Positions 27,770 to 35,282 of a stretch of DNA of 64,000 nt are shown one piece after another (the first letter of the stretch is position 1; every line of letters starts with the position of its first letter). Made by a program: the position numbers and the translations under genes. This stretch comes from Candidatus Woesearchaeota archaeon. Its GTDB lineage: Archaea; Nanobdellota; Nanobdellia; Woesearchaeales; GW2011-AR4. The notes beneath the pieces are model-generated. The model did not search any database. It saw nothing but the letters and a program-made list of their open reading frames with translations, and was not told the DNA's origin. The stretch lies in assembly GCA_016177615.1 (NCBI GenBank), contig JACOUX010000006.1, positions 30,131 to 94,130 on the forward strand. Reading direction: 5' to 3'.

Positions 27770-28166
27770 GAAATTGAAAGAGCAAACAAACGACCTTTTC
27801 TTTGTTGAAATAAGGCAGCACAGCGAAATCAGGAAGGATATTCTTGAAGCCCTGAAGCAGATGCTGGAAGTGCTGCAGAGATTTGAAAAGTTTAGGCACA
27901 TCAGGCACTCAAAGTCAGAAAATATCCAGAAGCTTAAGGCAATGATTAAGGACGCGAATAAAGTGCTTGGAACTCTTAAGGGCAAGCTGCCGCAGACAAA
28001 TTTAAGGGTATCATCCGTAAGGGAGGACAAGCCAGCCCCAAAAAAAATTCACAAAAAAAACAAACCAGCTCCGCAGAAAAAAGAGCCAAAGCGGGAAATG
28101 ACAGAAATGGAAAGGCTCGAGGCAGAGCTAAATGCAATAGAAAGCAAGCTGAAAAGTTTGGACTAA
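27747..28166 (+). CDS. Hypothetical protein, paralog 3 (domain plus Lys-rich C-terminal tail)
   Basis: FFVEIRQHSEIRKDILEALKQMLEVLQRFEKF... shares the domain; KKIHKKNKPAPQKKEPK tail followed by a coiled coil. Confidence 0.45.
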   Translation: MSRSTHGEKLKEQTNDLFFVEIRQHSEIRKDILEALKQMLEVLQRFEKFRHIRHSKSENIQKLKAMIKDANKVLGTLKGKLPQTNLRVSSVREDKPAPKKIHKKNKPAPQKKEPKREMTEMERLEAELNAIESKLKSLD

Positions 28167-28230
28167 TTCTGTAAGTGCCTAATCAGTTTAAGAAAATTAA
28201 AAGTGGAGATTATTCCCCTATGATAATAAA

Positions 28231-28372
28231 GTGGACAGCTTTTCTGTTTTCCCGTGCGGAGCACAGTACACACAGAAACGGAGGCTTGCTTAACTTCCGT
28301 GAACCCGCTAAAATGCGGACGCACTTTACTTTCGGGATGGGAACGGGTGAACCAAGCCCCTATGGCCGTCCA
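28231..28372 (-). rRNA. rrf: 5S ribosomal RNA (stand-alone gene), apparently with a ~29-nt hairpin insertion in loop C
   Basis: Minus strand reads UUGGACGGCCAUAGGGGCUUGGUUCACCCGUUCCCAUCCCGAA[AGUAAAGUGCGUCCGCAUUUUAGCGGGUU]CACGGAAGUUAAGCAAGCCUCCGUUUCUG...GUACUGUGCUCCGCACGGGAAAACAGAAAAGCUGUCCAC. This aligns with archaeal 5S (e.g. GGCGGCCAUAGCGGUGGGGUUACUCCCGUACCCAUCCCGAACACGGAAGAUAAGCCCACC...). Helix I (GGACGGCC/GGCUGUCC) and helix II (GGGGCUUG/CAAGCCUC) are complementary. GC-rich relative to surrounding intergenic DNA. Confidence 0.75.
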
Positions 28373-28476
28373 AGCTAAAAGGGAAGAAAACCCGGTTTAA
28401 AAATGTTGTGGAATTTTTTTGTTTTGCCTGAAAAGATTTTTAAAGCGAAGCTTATAATTTGCTCTTGGTGATTTAA

Positions 28477-28719
28477 ATGAGCACAGTTCCAGCGGTTCCA
28501 TTGGAGAGTAAAGTAATTGAGGTTGTAGTAACTGGTGACATAAGATATGATATTCAGAGGGCTATAGCCATGATGGGCTCCAGTTTCCCAGGCGCGCATT
28601 TGTCAGGCAAAGCATTGGCAAAAGCCCTGGATGAAAAGCTGCCAGAAGGAAAGTACATAGCCCATGCAACAGGGAATATTGTAGAGTATATTGAGCCTAA
28701 ACCAGCCAATTACAATTAA
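28477..28719 (+). CDS. Hypothetical small protein (80 aa)
   Basis: ORF only; no recognised motif. Confidence 0.35.
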   Translation: MSTVPAVPLESKVIEVVVTGDIRYDIQRAIAMMGSSFPGAHLSGKALAKALDEKLPEGKYIAHATGNIVEYIEPKPANYN

Positions 28720-28946
28720 AGAGCGGGAAAGAGCTATAAAAGCATTTTAATCTACTTCAAACAGTACAGATTCTAATGACTTATTTCATCCCTTATTACA
28801 TGAATTAAGATTATGGAAAAGTTCGCCATAACGGTGTTATATTCACTTTTTTTATCGCCTATAAGGTTGCTATCGCACACCGGAAATTTAGATTTGTTAT
28901 CTTCGCTTAAGATTGGTATCTTAAACAAACTTTTTTATTATACTAT

Positions 28947-28989
28947 GAATCGGGGGCTAACGATTAATAAAACGATAACGGTTCGGGGG
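28947..28989 (+). repeat. Left terminal inverted repeat (bipartite: 12-nt outer box + 10-nt inner box)
   Basis: gaatcgggggctaacgattaataaaacgataacggttcggggg. Confidence 0.7.
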
Positions 28990-29386
28990 TGAAAAATAGC
29001 TGCTGCTGAGGAATGGTGCAAGGCAAGGAAGATGAAATTTAGGATAATCTCAAGATACTAAAGCTGCTTCTGTTTTACTAATTTCTATTTTAAATTCTAG
29101 TCCGCATTTTTTGCATTTGTATGATCCTAAATCTTCAAATCTCTTTGATATAGGTTCAAATTTATGTTTATGATTTTCCACTACTACCACCTCTTTTGCT
29201 ATTCGCTTTTTATTTCAATGAGGTATTTTATAGGTATTAGTAGTTGGGGTTTATATAGTTCACGCAGAGATGTCCAGTGATACTCTAATATATAGATTAA
29301 AATAAATGAACTACAACTAAGAAATTAAGAAAAGAAAACTTTATATATGTGATATACTAGATTTTCTAAATAAATGGGTTTTTAGT

Positions 29387-30094
29387 ATGAATAAAATTTC
29401 TGAATTAGGAATAGAGAAAGTTACCCCTGATGAACTTATAGGCCCATTGAATGACATTGAGAAGAAGTTTGCTCCACCTTACCTTTTTCTTAAAGGAAAT
29501 CGTAAACTTATAGATAATCATCCTAGAGTCTCAATTATTGGTACTAGGCATCCTAGTGAGGGCGGAATAAATAACACTAGTAAATTAACGAAGTTTCTTC
29601 TTAAGAATGAAGTGGTTATTGTAAGTGGTCTTGCCCTAGGTATAGATACCGTGGCACATAAAACTGCGATTGAAAATGGTGGTAGAACCATAGCTGTGTT
29701 AGGTACGCCTCTTGATAGGTATTACCCAAAACAGAATAGTGATTTGCAGGATGAAATTGCGAGAGACAATTTAGTAATCTCACAATTTTCCTTAGGGTCA
29801 GCCATACAAAGGAAGAACTTCCCTCTACGTAATAGAACAATGGCATTGCTTTCTCATGTTTCAATTATTGTTGAAGCAGGGGAGGGTAGTGGAACAATTC
29901 ACCAAGGATGGGAAGCACTTCGTTTGGGTCGACCATTATTTCTTATTGAAGATATAATTAAGAATAAGAATCTAAAATGGCCACATAAATTAATTGGATA
30001 TGGTGCTAAAATTCTTCCAATTTCTCAAGCCAAATTTGTGCTTGAATCTTTACCAGTCCCCATGCTAGAGGCGGGGAACTATGCTACTTTCTGA
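29387..30094 (+). CDS. DprA/Smf-like Rossmann-fold (SLOG superfamily) protein; Rossmann core only, no SAM or wH domains
   Basis: RVSIIGTRHPSEGG...VVIVSGLALGIDTVAHKTAIENGGRTIAVLGTPLDRYYPKQN...NFPLRNRTMALLSHVSIIVEAGEGSGT matches the DprA Rossmann motifs (GxRxxS, SGxAxGID..AH, TIAVLG.G.D..YP, RNR, VVEA...SG). Confidence 0.8.
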   Translation: MNKISELGIEKVTPDELIGPLNDIEKKFAPPYLFLKGNRKLIDNHPRVSIIGTRHPSEGGINNTSKLTKFLLKNEVVIVSGLALGIDTVAHKTAIENGGRTIAVLGTPLDRYYPKQNSDLQDEIARDNLVISQFSLGSAIQRKNFPLRNRTMALLSHVSIIVEAGEGSGTIHQGWEALRLGRPLFLIEDIIKNKNLKWPHKLIGYGAKILPISQAKFVLESLPVPMLEAGNYATF

Positions 30095-30725
30095 ATTAGA
30101 ATTTGGTTCTTATCTAACTTATAGTCCCCGAGGAAAATCTGATCTTGCTAAGCGGTCTAAGAATATTATGATTTATCTTAAATCTGAAGGAAATTTTGGT
30201 AACCCACCCAAGTTTATGTCACAACTTGTTGCAGAAAGGATAAAGGAAAGTATTGACAAAATGCCATTCAATCATTTTTTTAGTCCAAATGTTTCATTAG
30301 TTCCTATACCCAAAAGTTCTCTGATGCAACCAAACACACTTTGGGTTTCTGAGAAAATTGCAAAGGCTCTATCAAAACAAGCATTTGGAGATTTTTATCC
30401 TTGTTTAAAAAGAATAAAACCATTACAAAAAGCAGCTTATTCAAATCCACCAAATAGGCCTAAAGCTATTGATCACTATAACAGTATAGAATGTCAACCA
30501 CTTGTTCATAGACCGAAAGAGATAGTTCTTATTGATGACATTATTACGCGTGGTTCCACTCTACTTGGATGTGCAAGTAGATTAAAGGAAATTTTTTCTG
30601 ATGTACCGATTCGGGCATTTGCAGTCATTAGAACGATGAGTGATCCTAACGACTTTACAAATATAGAAGACCCATGTATTGGAACGATAACTCTCTCTAA
30701 CAATGATACATTTAGAAAACCCTAA
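30081..30725 (+). CDS. Phosphoribosyltransferase (PRTase) domain protein, ComF-like without zinc finger
   Basis: PRPP-binding motif EIVLIDDIITRGSTL; overlaps the dprA-like gene by 14 nt in an operon. Confidence 0.7.
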   Translation: MLLSELEFGSYLTYSPRGKSDLAKRSKNIMIYLKSEGNFGNPPKFMSQLVAERIKESIDKMPFNHFFSPNVSLVPIPKSSLMQPNTLWVSEKIAKALSKQAFGDFYPCLKRIKPLQKAAYSNPPNRPKAIDHYNSIECQPLVHRPKEIVLIDDIITRGSTLLGCASRLKEIFSDVPIRAFAVIRTMSDPNDFTNIEDPCIGTITLSNNDTFRKP

Positions 30726-30776
30726 TATAAAATAAGTGAATAAAAGCTAATAATAATTCAATTAAGCTATTCTTCG

Positions 30777-30817
30777 CCCCCGAACCCCCAGGATATACTA
30801 ATTAAAGCCCCCGATTC
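30777..30817 (-). repeat. Right terminal inverted repeat
   Basis: plus strand cccccgaacccccaggatatactaattaaagcccccgattc; reverse complement gaatcgggggctttaattagtatatcctgggggttcggggg. Confidence 0.7.
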
Positions 30818-30932
30818 TTAATAAAAAAGTACTATAACACTAAATTTTCGGCGGTAAAAAACTCGATGTTCGCTACGCTCACTCGCCTATCGGTCGCCTA
30901 ACACTCGCAAGGCAAACTTTTTCTCGCTTCGC

Positions 30933-32090
30933 TCAAAAAAGTCTCGAGTGCTTCAAAATTTTTTCAGCTCTGAATTTTGCGGGTTGCCTCAAAATTCGAG
31001 GAAAAAATTTCTCGCCTCGAGCCAAATGTCGCCGGCCCTTCAGCTTTTCCTTTATCTCTTTCCAGGAAAACTTTTTGCTGGCCTTGCTGAGCTCATCAAG
31101 CACGTCCTTGATTAATCCATAATTATGGTAAATCAATTCGCCTTTCTGCCTTAGCTCGTGCCCTTCCTTTCCAAGCTCCTCTATTGTTTGCTTCTGCTGC
31201 CCAATTATTCTCTGCAGCGACTTTATCTGTTTGTCCTGCTCAGTTTCTTTTATTTCCCTGAACTGGGAATAAAAATGCCGCACAGCATCATTGAAGGTTT
31301 CAAATTTTGTTTTTTTGCTGTTTTTGTAGAAATTCAAGCCAAATGGAATGAAATCTATTAAGCTGTTGTCCGCGTCCAATACAGCATAAGGCTCTGTCTT
31401 GTTGTTGAGCAAGCTGTTAATGGAATCCTGCAATTGCTGCGCTTGCTTTTCATCAATGTTCTTGGGATTAAGATTTTTATCAACATTGGACATCAAGCAG
31501 AGCTCTTCAGAATACAACCCTCCCAGGCCAAGCTCCGTTGCCAGCGCAACCACAACACTTTCCTTTTTTGAATTTTTCATCAGCTCAGCAAGCTCATTAT
31601 TTTTCAAATCAAACATGTTAAAATCCATGATAGGATACGTGTACTTTAATTTTGGCTTGATAGACCTTTCCCTGAACTCATGATGCTCAAGTGCGTTTAT
31701 TATCACGTTATGGCTGTCGCAAAGGATTGCATTGCCCTTTCCGAAGAATTCTATGTAAAGATATTTATTTTCATCCTTGATATTAAACCCTAATTTAATT
31801 ATCCTTTCCGGCTTCAGCTGGCTTATCTCGCTTAAGAAATGCCCGTCCAAATGCTTTCTCAAAAGCATCCCGAAGCCAAGAGTCTCCCCATAATCTTCTT
31901 TGGTTTCTGCAGCGAATATGGACTGCCCGACACATATCCTCAGCAGCTTTTTGCCCAAATTCGCCTTGTGCAGGCTGAACATCAGGACAGTTTTCTCTGG
32001 CTGGTATATTTTGTCTATTCTTGAATCTTTAAGAGCTTCAAGCTCCATGACCAAAAAGTGCAGGTCCAATGAAGACAATTGCCTTTTCAT
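30933..32090 (-). CDS. NFACT-N/FbpA-family protein (archaeal RqcH/Tae2 homolog), apparently C-terminally truncated
   Basis: The N-terminus MKRQLSSLDLHFLVMELEALKDSRIDKIYQPEKTVLMFSLH matches NFACT-N, followed by a coiled coil. Length is only ~385 aa, with no NFACT-R or zinc-ribbon domain. The last ~35 codons (GRRHLARGEKFFPRILRQPAKFRAEKILKHSRLF) are encoded by atypical GC-rich repetitive DNA next to the insertion. Confidence 0.55.
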   Translation of the reverse strand: MKRQLSSLDLHFLVMELEALKDSRIDKIYQPEKTVLMFSLHKANLGKKLLRICVGQSIFAAETKEDYGETLGFGMLLRKHLDGHFLSEISQLKPERIIKLGFNIKDENKYLYIEFFGKGNAILCDSHNVIINALEHHEFRERSIKPKLKYTYPIMDFNMFDLKNNELAELMKNSKKESVVVALATELGLGGLYSEELCLMSNVDKNLNPKNIDEKQAQQLQDSINSLLNNKTEPYAVLDADNSLIDFIPFGLNFYKNSKKTKFETFNDAVRHFYSQFREIKETEQDKQIKSLQRIIGQQKQTIEELGKEGHELRQKGELIYHNYGLIKDVLDELSKASKKFSWKEIKEKLKGRRHLARGEKFFPRILRQPAKFRAEKILKHSRLF

Positions 32091-32100
32091 AAAAATTAAA

Positions 32101-32469
32101 CTAACCTCTTTCCACAACAACCAAGTCTCCGTTATTTACCGTTTTGAATATTGCAGAGTTTCCAATAATCTTTCCAAAAACATTAACCTTTGATGCAGCC
32201 CTTATCCCGTCTTCTGTTGATTCCGGGGTTTTTCCGAAGAATATGCAGAAGCAGCTTCCTTCAGGCCAGTAGGCAACATCACCTTTCTCAACAATGTCTG
32301 TTGCATTTTTCTCCTCATCAACCCTTACAGGAATGACAAAATAAATCTCGTCTCCCCACCTGTTTGCAGCCCCGTCAATCGGGAGTGAATTGTAGATGGT
32401 TCTGGCAGTTTGGGTTTCTTCAAGCTCTACTCCAGCCTCGATATCATTTACAAAAATTTTTATTTTCAT
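32101..32469 (-). CDS. Cyclophilin-like-fold protein (DUF369/TM1367-like)
   Basis: Motifs ...LEETQTARTIYNSLPI...WGDEIYFVIPV...GDVAYWPEGSCFCIFFGKTP... resemble the DUF369 family. Confidence 0.45.
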   Translation of the reverse strand: MKIKIFVNDIEAGVELEETQTARTIYNSLPIDGAANRWGDEIYFVIPVRVDEEKNATDIVEKGDVAYWPEGSCFCIFFGKTPESTEDGIRAASKVNVFGKIIGNSAIFKTVNNGDLVVVERG

Positions 32470-33623
32470 TTCAATGACTTGCCAACCCACTTCTCAATCC
32501 TGTCCATTCCCTTTTCTATCTCTTTTGTTGAAGTTGCATAGCTTAGCCTTATATGGCTGTCTGAGCCGAAGGCAATGCCAGGAACAACAGCAACAAGGGC
32601 ATCGTCAAGCAGCCCAGAGCAAAATTCCATCGATTTCATGCCGGTTTGGCTTATGTCGGCAAACGCATAAAAAGCGCCCTGCGGCTCGACACAGCTCATT
32701 CCCTTTATTTCATTAAGCCTCTTGTGCATGAGCTTTCTCCTTTCATCAAACGCTTCCACCATTTTTGCAACGCTGTCCTGCGGCCCGTTGAGCGCCTCAA
32801 GCGCTGCCATCTGCGCAATGCTCGACGGGTTGCTCGTGGAGTGGCTTTGAAGATTTTCCATTCCCTTTATTACTTCCTTGCCAGCACCGCAATATCCGAT
32901 GCGCCAGCCTGTCATAGCATATGTTTTTGAGACAGCATTCACGGTTATAGTAAGATTTTTGATGTCCTCATTTAAGGATGCTATGCTAATGAACTCATTG
33001 TTCCCATACACAAAATGCTCGTAAACCTCATCTGATATTACATAAAAATTATGCCTGGCTGCAAGCTCCGCTATCTTCCTTATCTCTTCAGGCTCAACAA
33101 CTGCGCCGCTCGGATTGCTCGGGCTGTTCAGCACAAGCAGTTTCGTCTTTTCGGTTATTTTTTCTTCAACAGTTTTTGCCGTGAGCATGAATCTTTTGTC
33201 AGTGTCGCAGAAAACAGTCTTTGCCCCTGTAAGCCTTATCATCTCATCAAAGCTCACCCAATATGGCACAGGAAGAATTGCCTCATTACATTCTCCAAGC
33301 ACAGCCATCATTGCATTGTAAAGTATATGCTTGCCGCCGCATCCAACAGTTACTTCAGAAACATCATATTGTATTTTGTTAAATCTCCTGAACTTATCGG
33401 CAACAGCCTTCTTAAGCTCCGGAATGCCTCCTACAGGAGTGTACCTTGTAATGTTATTGTTGATTGCCCTGATTGCGGCTTCTTTTATGTTGTTCGGCGT
33501 GTTGAAATCTGGCTCCCCTGCGCCGAAAATAACCATATCCTTTCCTTCTTTTTTAAGCTGCTTTGCCTTTGCGTCAATGGCCAGCGTTGCACTGGGAGCG
33601 ATATTTCTTACCTTTTGTGACAG
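32466..33623 (-). CDS. Aspartate/aromatic aminotransferase (class I PLP-dependent)
   Basis: MLSQKVRNIAPSATL start, SKTYAMTGWRIGY (PLP-Lys), NPSGAV, overall AspAT architecture. Confidence 0.8.
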   Translation of the reverse strand: MSQKVRNIAPSATLAIDAKAKQLKKEGKDMVIFGAGEPDFNTPNNIKEAAIRAINNNITRYTPVGGIPELKKAVADKFRRFNKIQYDVSEVTVGCGGKHILYNAMMAVLGECNEAILPVPYWVSFDEMIRLTGAKTVFCDTDKRFMLTAKTVEEKITEKTKLLVLNSPSNPSGAVVEPEEIRKIAELAARHNFYVISDEVYEHFVYGNNEFISIASLNEDIKNLTITVNAVSKTYAMTGWRIGYCGAGKEVIKGMENLQSHSTSNPSSIAQMAALEALNGPQDSVAKMVEAFDERRKLMHKRLNEIKGMSCVEPQGAFYAFADISQTGMKSMEFCSGLLDDALVAVVPGIAFGSDSHIRLSYATSTKEIEKGMDRIEKWVGKSLK

Positions 33624-33655
33624 CATGCTTTCACCAAAATTTATTAGCCAAAAAA

Positions 33656-34156
33656 TCAAATCTTTGATTTGATTTTTTGGTATATTGTATATGTATTAAA
33701 ACCTTTTGTAGTGTCAACTTCTATCAGTTTATGCCCTCTTTCCCTGGCTTCGTTAAGGCAGATATCAAATATCTCTGACTGAAGGTTTTCTTTTATTTTT
33801 TCTTTGTGGAAGCCCTTCTTTTTGAGGCGCTTATTTAATTCTTTAATATCACATTTTGTAATGATGCAGAAATCAACCAATCTTTTCGGCAGGTAGTGGG
33901 AAAGATGGGAATCTATTATGATCCCGTCTGCTTTCTTGGTTTTTTTGATATCAGCCATCTCTTTTATTATTTGCCCGTTTAAATTTTTTATGTCTACAAT
34001 CATGGTTTTTCTTTTTTTGTCATAGCCCTCAGACAATCTATATTTTGAAATGATTTTATTAGCATCCAAATAATGGAATTTTAGCTTATTGAACAAGCTC
34101 TTTGCCAAAGTGGTTTTTCCGGTTCCTGGGGTCCCAGACACAATTATAACTTTCAT
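33656..34156 (-). CDS. Adenylate kinase isoenzyme-6 / Fap7-like nucleoside kinase
   Basis: P-loop SGTPGTGKTT at the N-terminus; ~166-aa size typical of archaeal AK6. Confidence 0.65.
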   Translation of the reverse strand: MKVIIVSGTPGTGKTTLAKSLFNKLKFHYLDANKIISKYRLSEGYDKKRKTMIVDIKNLNGQIIKEMADIKKTKKADGIIIDSHLSHYLPKRLVDFCIITKCDIKELNKRLKKKGFHKEKIKENLQSEIFDICLNEARERGHKLIEVDTTKGFNTYTIYQKIKSKI

Positions 34157-34157
34157 T

Positions 34158-35243
34158 TTAATAATTAAGCCTAAACCTTAATATTGCTCCAATCCCCCCC
34201 AACCCATCAAGCCTTTGCCCCCCTTCATGCTCCGAGCTTATTATATTTATTTCACCCTTTGTCTTATCTACAATTTTCATTATATTTTCTATTTCTTTGT
34301 AGAAATTTTCAGCCCTTGATTTTTGTATTAAAGTGTCTGTAATCAGAAACTCCTTTACAGCTCCGATGGAGGCCGCATCTGCAGTTTCTTTCATCCCGTA
34401 TACTGCAAGGTTGCTTCTGGCGATTTCAGTCAATAGCTCTTCCACTTTACCCATCTCTTTTGCAGCCCTTTCCCGCTTTAGAGCTTCCCTGACTTCAGGC
34501 CTTTTGATTACTTCGTCAATCCCGTTTTTCGTTGCAGAAGAGCATGTGGCGAGAATTATCTTCTGCTTCATCTCTTTATCGCTTACATTTTTCATAAGGT
34601 CTTCCTTCCAGAATGCAGGGGATGCAACAATGATCTGGCTTATTTTGTGTCTTTCCACATACTCCTTCATCTTGCCTATTATTGCAGCATAGAAATTTTC
34701 TTTCTTTATGTTCTCCTCCCTTTTCTTCTGCACTTCCCCATGAAGATGGCAGATGACCTCATACCCATATTTCCTGAACAAGGCGAAATAAGCCTCTTCC
34801 CGGTCGTGGACGCAGATGAGCAATGAAGATTTCTTCTCGGAGCACGCCTCTTTCAGCTTGTCAAGCTGGTATTTAAGCCAGGATTCCTTTATTATTGTTA
34901 GGGCAGTGTTTTCGTCAACATTAAAGGTGTGATGCTCTCCAAGCGGAATGTCCTCTGGCGCCTCTTTTATGACTCCAGAAACCCTAAGCAAATTGGAGGA
35001 CTTTCCGAACTCAACCTTCTCAACAAGGAGCTTCAAAAAAACAGCCATCTTGGCAGCATCCCTTGGCCTTTCGCCATCGGACTGGGATTTTATCTTCCTA
35101 AAGGTTTTTCCCTTGACAAAGTCACCTGGCTCTATTATTCCATTCAGATACCATAAGTCATCAAGATTCTGTACCAGTATTTTTACTTCCCCTGTTTTCA
35201 GATTGGAATGAACTAGTTTCATATCGCTGTCTGTAATTTTCAA
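34158..35243 (-). CDS. pelA: Pelota/Dom34 ribosome-rescue factor
   Basis: Three-domain aRF1-like architecture; global similarity to archaeal Pelota. Confidence 0.8.
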   Translation of the reverse strand: MKITDSDMKLVHSNLKTGEVKILVQNLDDLWYLNGIIEPGDFVKGKTFRKIKSQSDGERPRDAAKMAVFLKLLVEKVEFGKSSNLLRVSGVIKEAPEDIPLGEHHTFNVDENTALTIIKESWLKYQLDKLKEACSEKKSSLLICVHDREEAYFALFRKYGYEVICHLHGEVQKKREENIKKENFYAAIIGKMKEYVERHKISQIIVASPAFWKEDLMKNVSDKEMKQKIILATCSSATKNGIDEVIKRPEVREALKRERAAKEMGKVEELLTEIARSNLAVYGMKETADAASIGAVKEFLITDTLIQKSRAENFYKEIENIMKIVDKTKGEINIISSEHEGGQRLDGLGGIGAILRFRLNY

Positions 35244-35282
35244 AACATTTAAATATGTTTATGTAAATTTCTTCACCTTGAA

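Larger units (their letters stand above)
28947..30817. mobile_element. 1.87-kb insertion/cassette bounded by imperfect terminal inverted repeats, carrying a DprA-like and a PRTase gene; no transposase or integrase
   Basis: Left end GAATCGGGGGCT-(21 nt)-GGTTCGGGGG (28947-28989). Right end on the opposite strand GAATCGGGGGCT-(19 nt)-GGTTCGGGGG (30817-30777). The outer 12 nt and inner 10 nt are identical and GC-rich in AT-rich DNA. ~400 bp of ORF-free AT-rich sequence inside the left end. Confidence 0.55.

Noticed and set aside
28175-28378. 67-aa + strand ORF (MPNQFKKIK…)
   Set aside because: It overlaps the GC-rich segment that aligns on the minus strand to 5S rRNA. The region was first considered as SRP RNA or RNase P RNA because of GGUGAACC / GAAACGGAG-like snippets, but their order is wrong for those RNAs and a minus-strand 5S explains the sequence fully.
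29040-29215. Minus-strand small frame encoding …HKHKFEPISKRFEDLGSYKCKKCGLEF… (zinc-finger-like) inside the left part of the TIR cassette
   Set aside because: No in-frame ATG (only a possible GTG); it could be chance in AT-rich DNA. Noted as a possible tiny gene but not reported as a feature.
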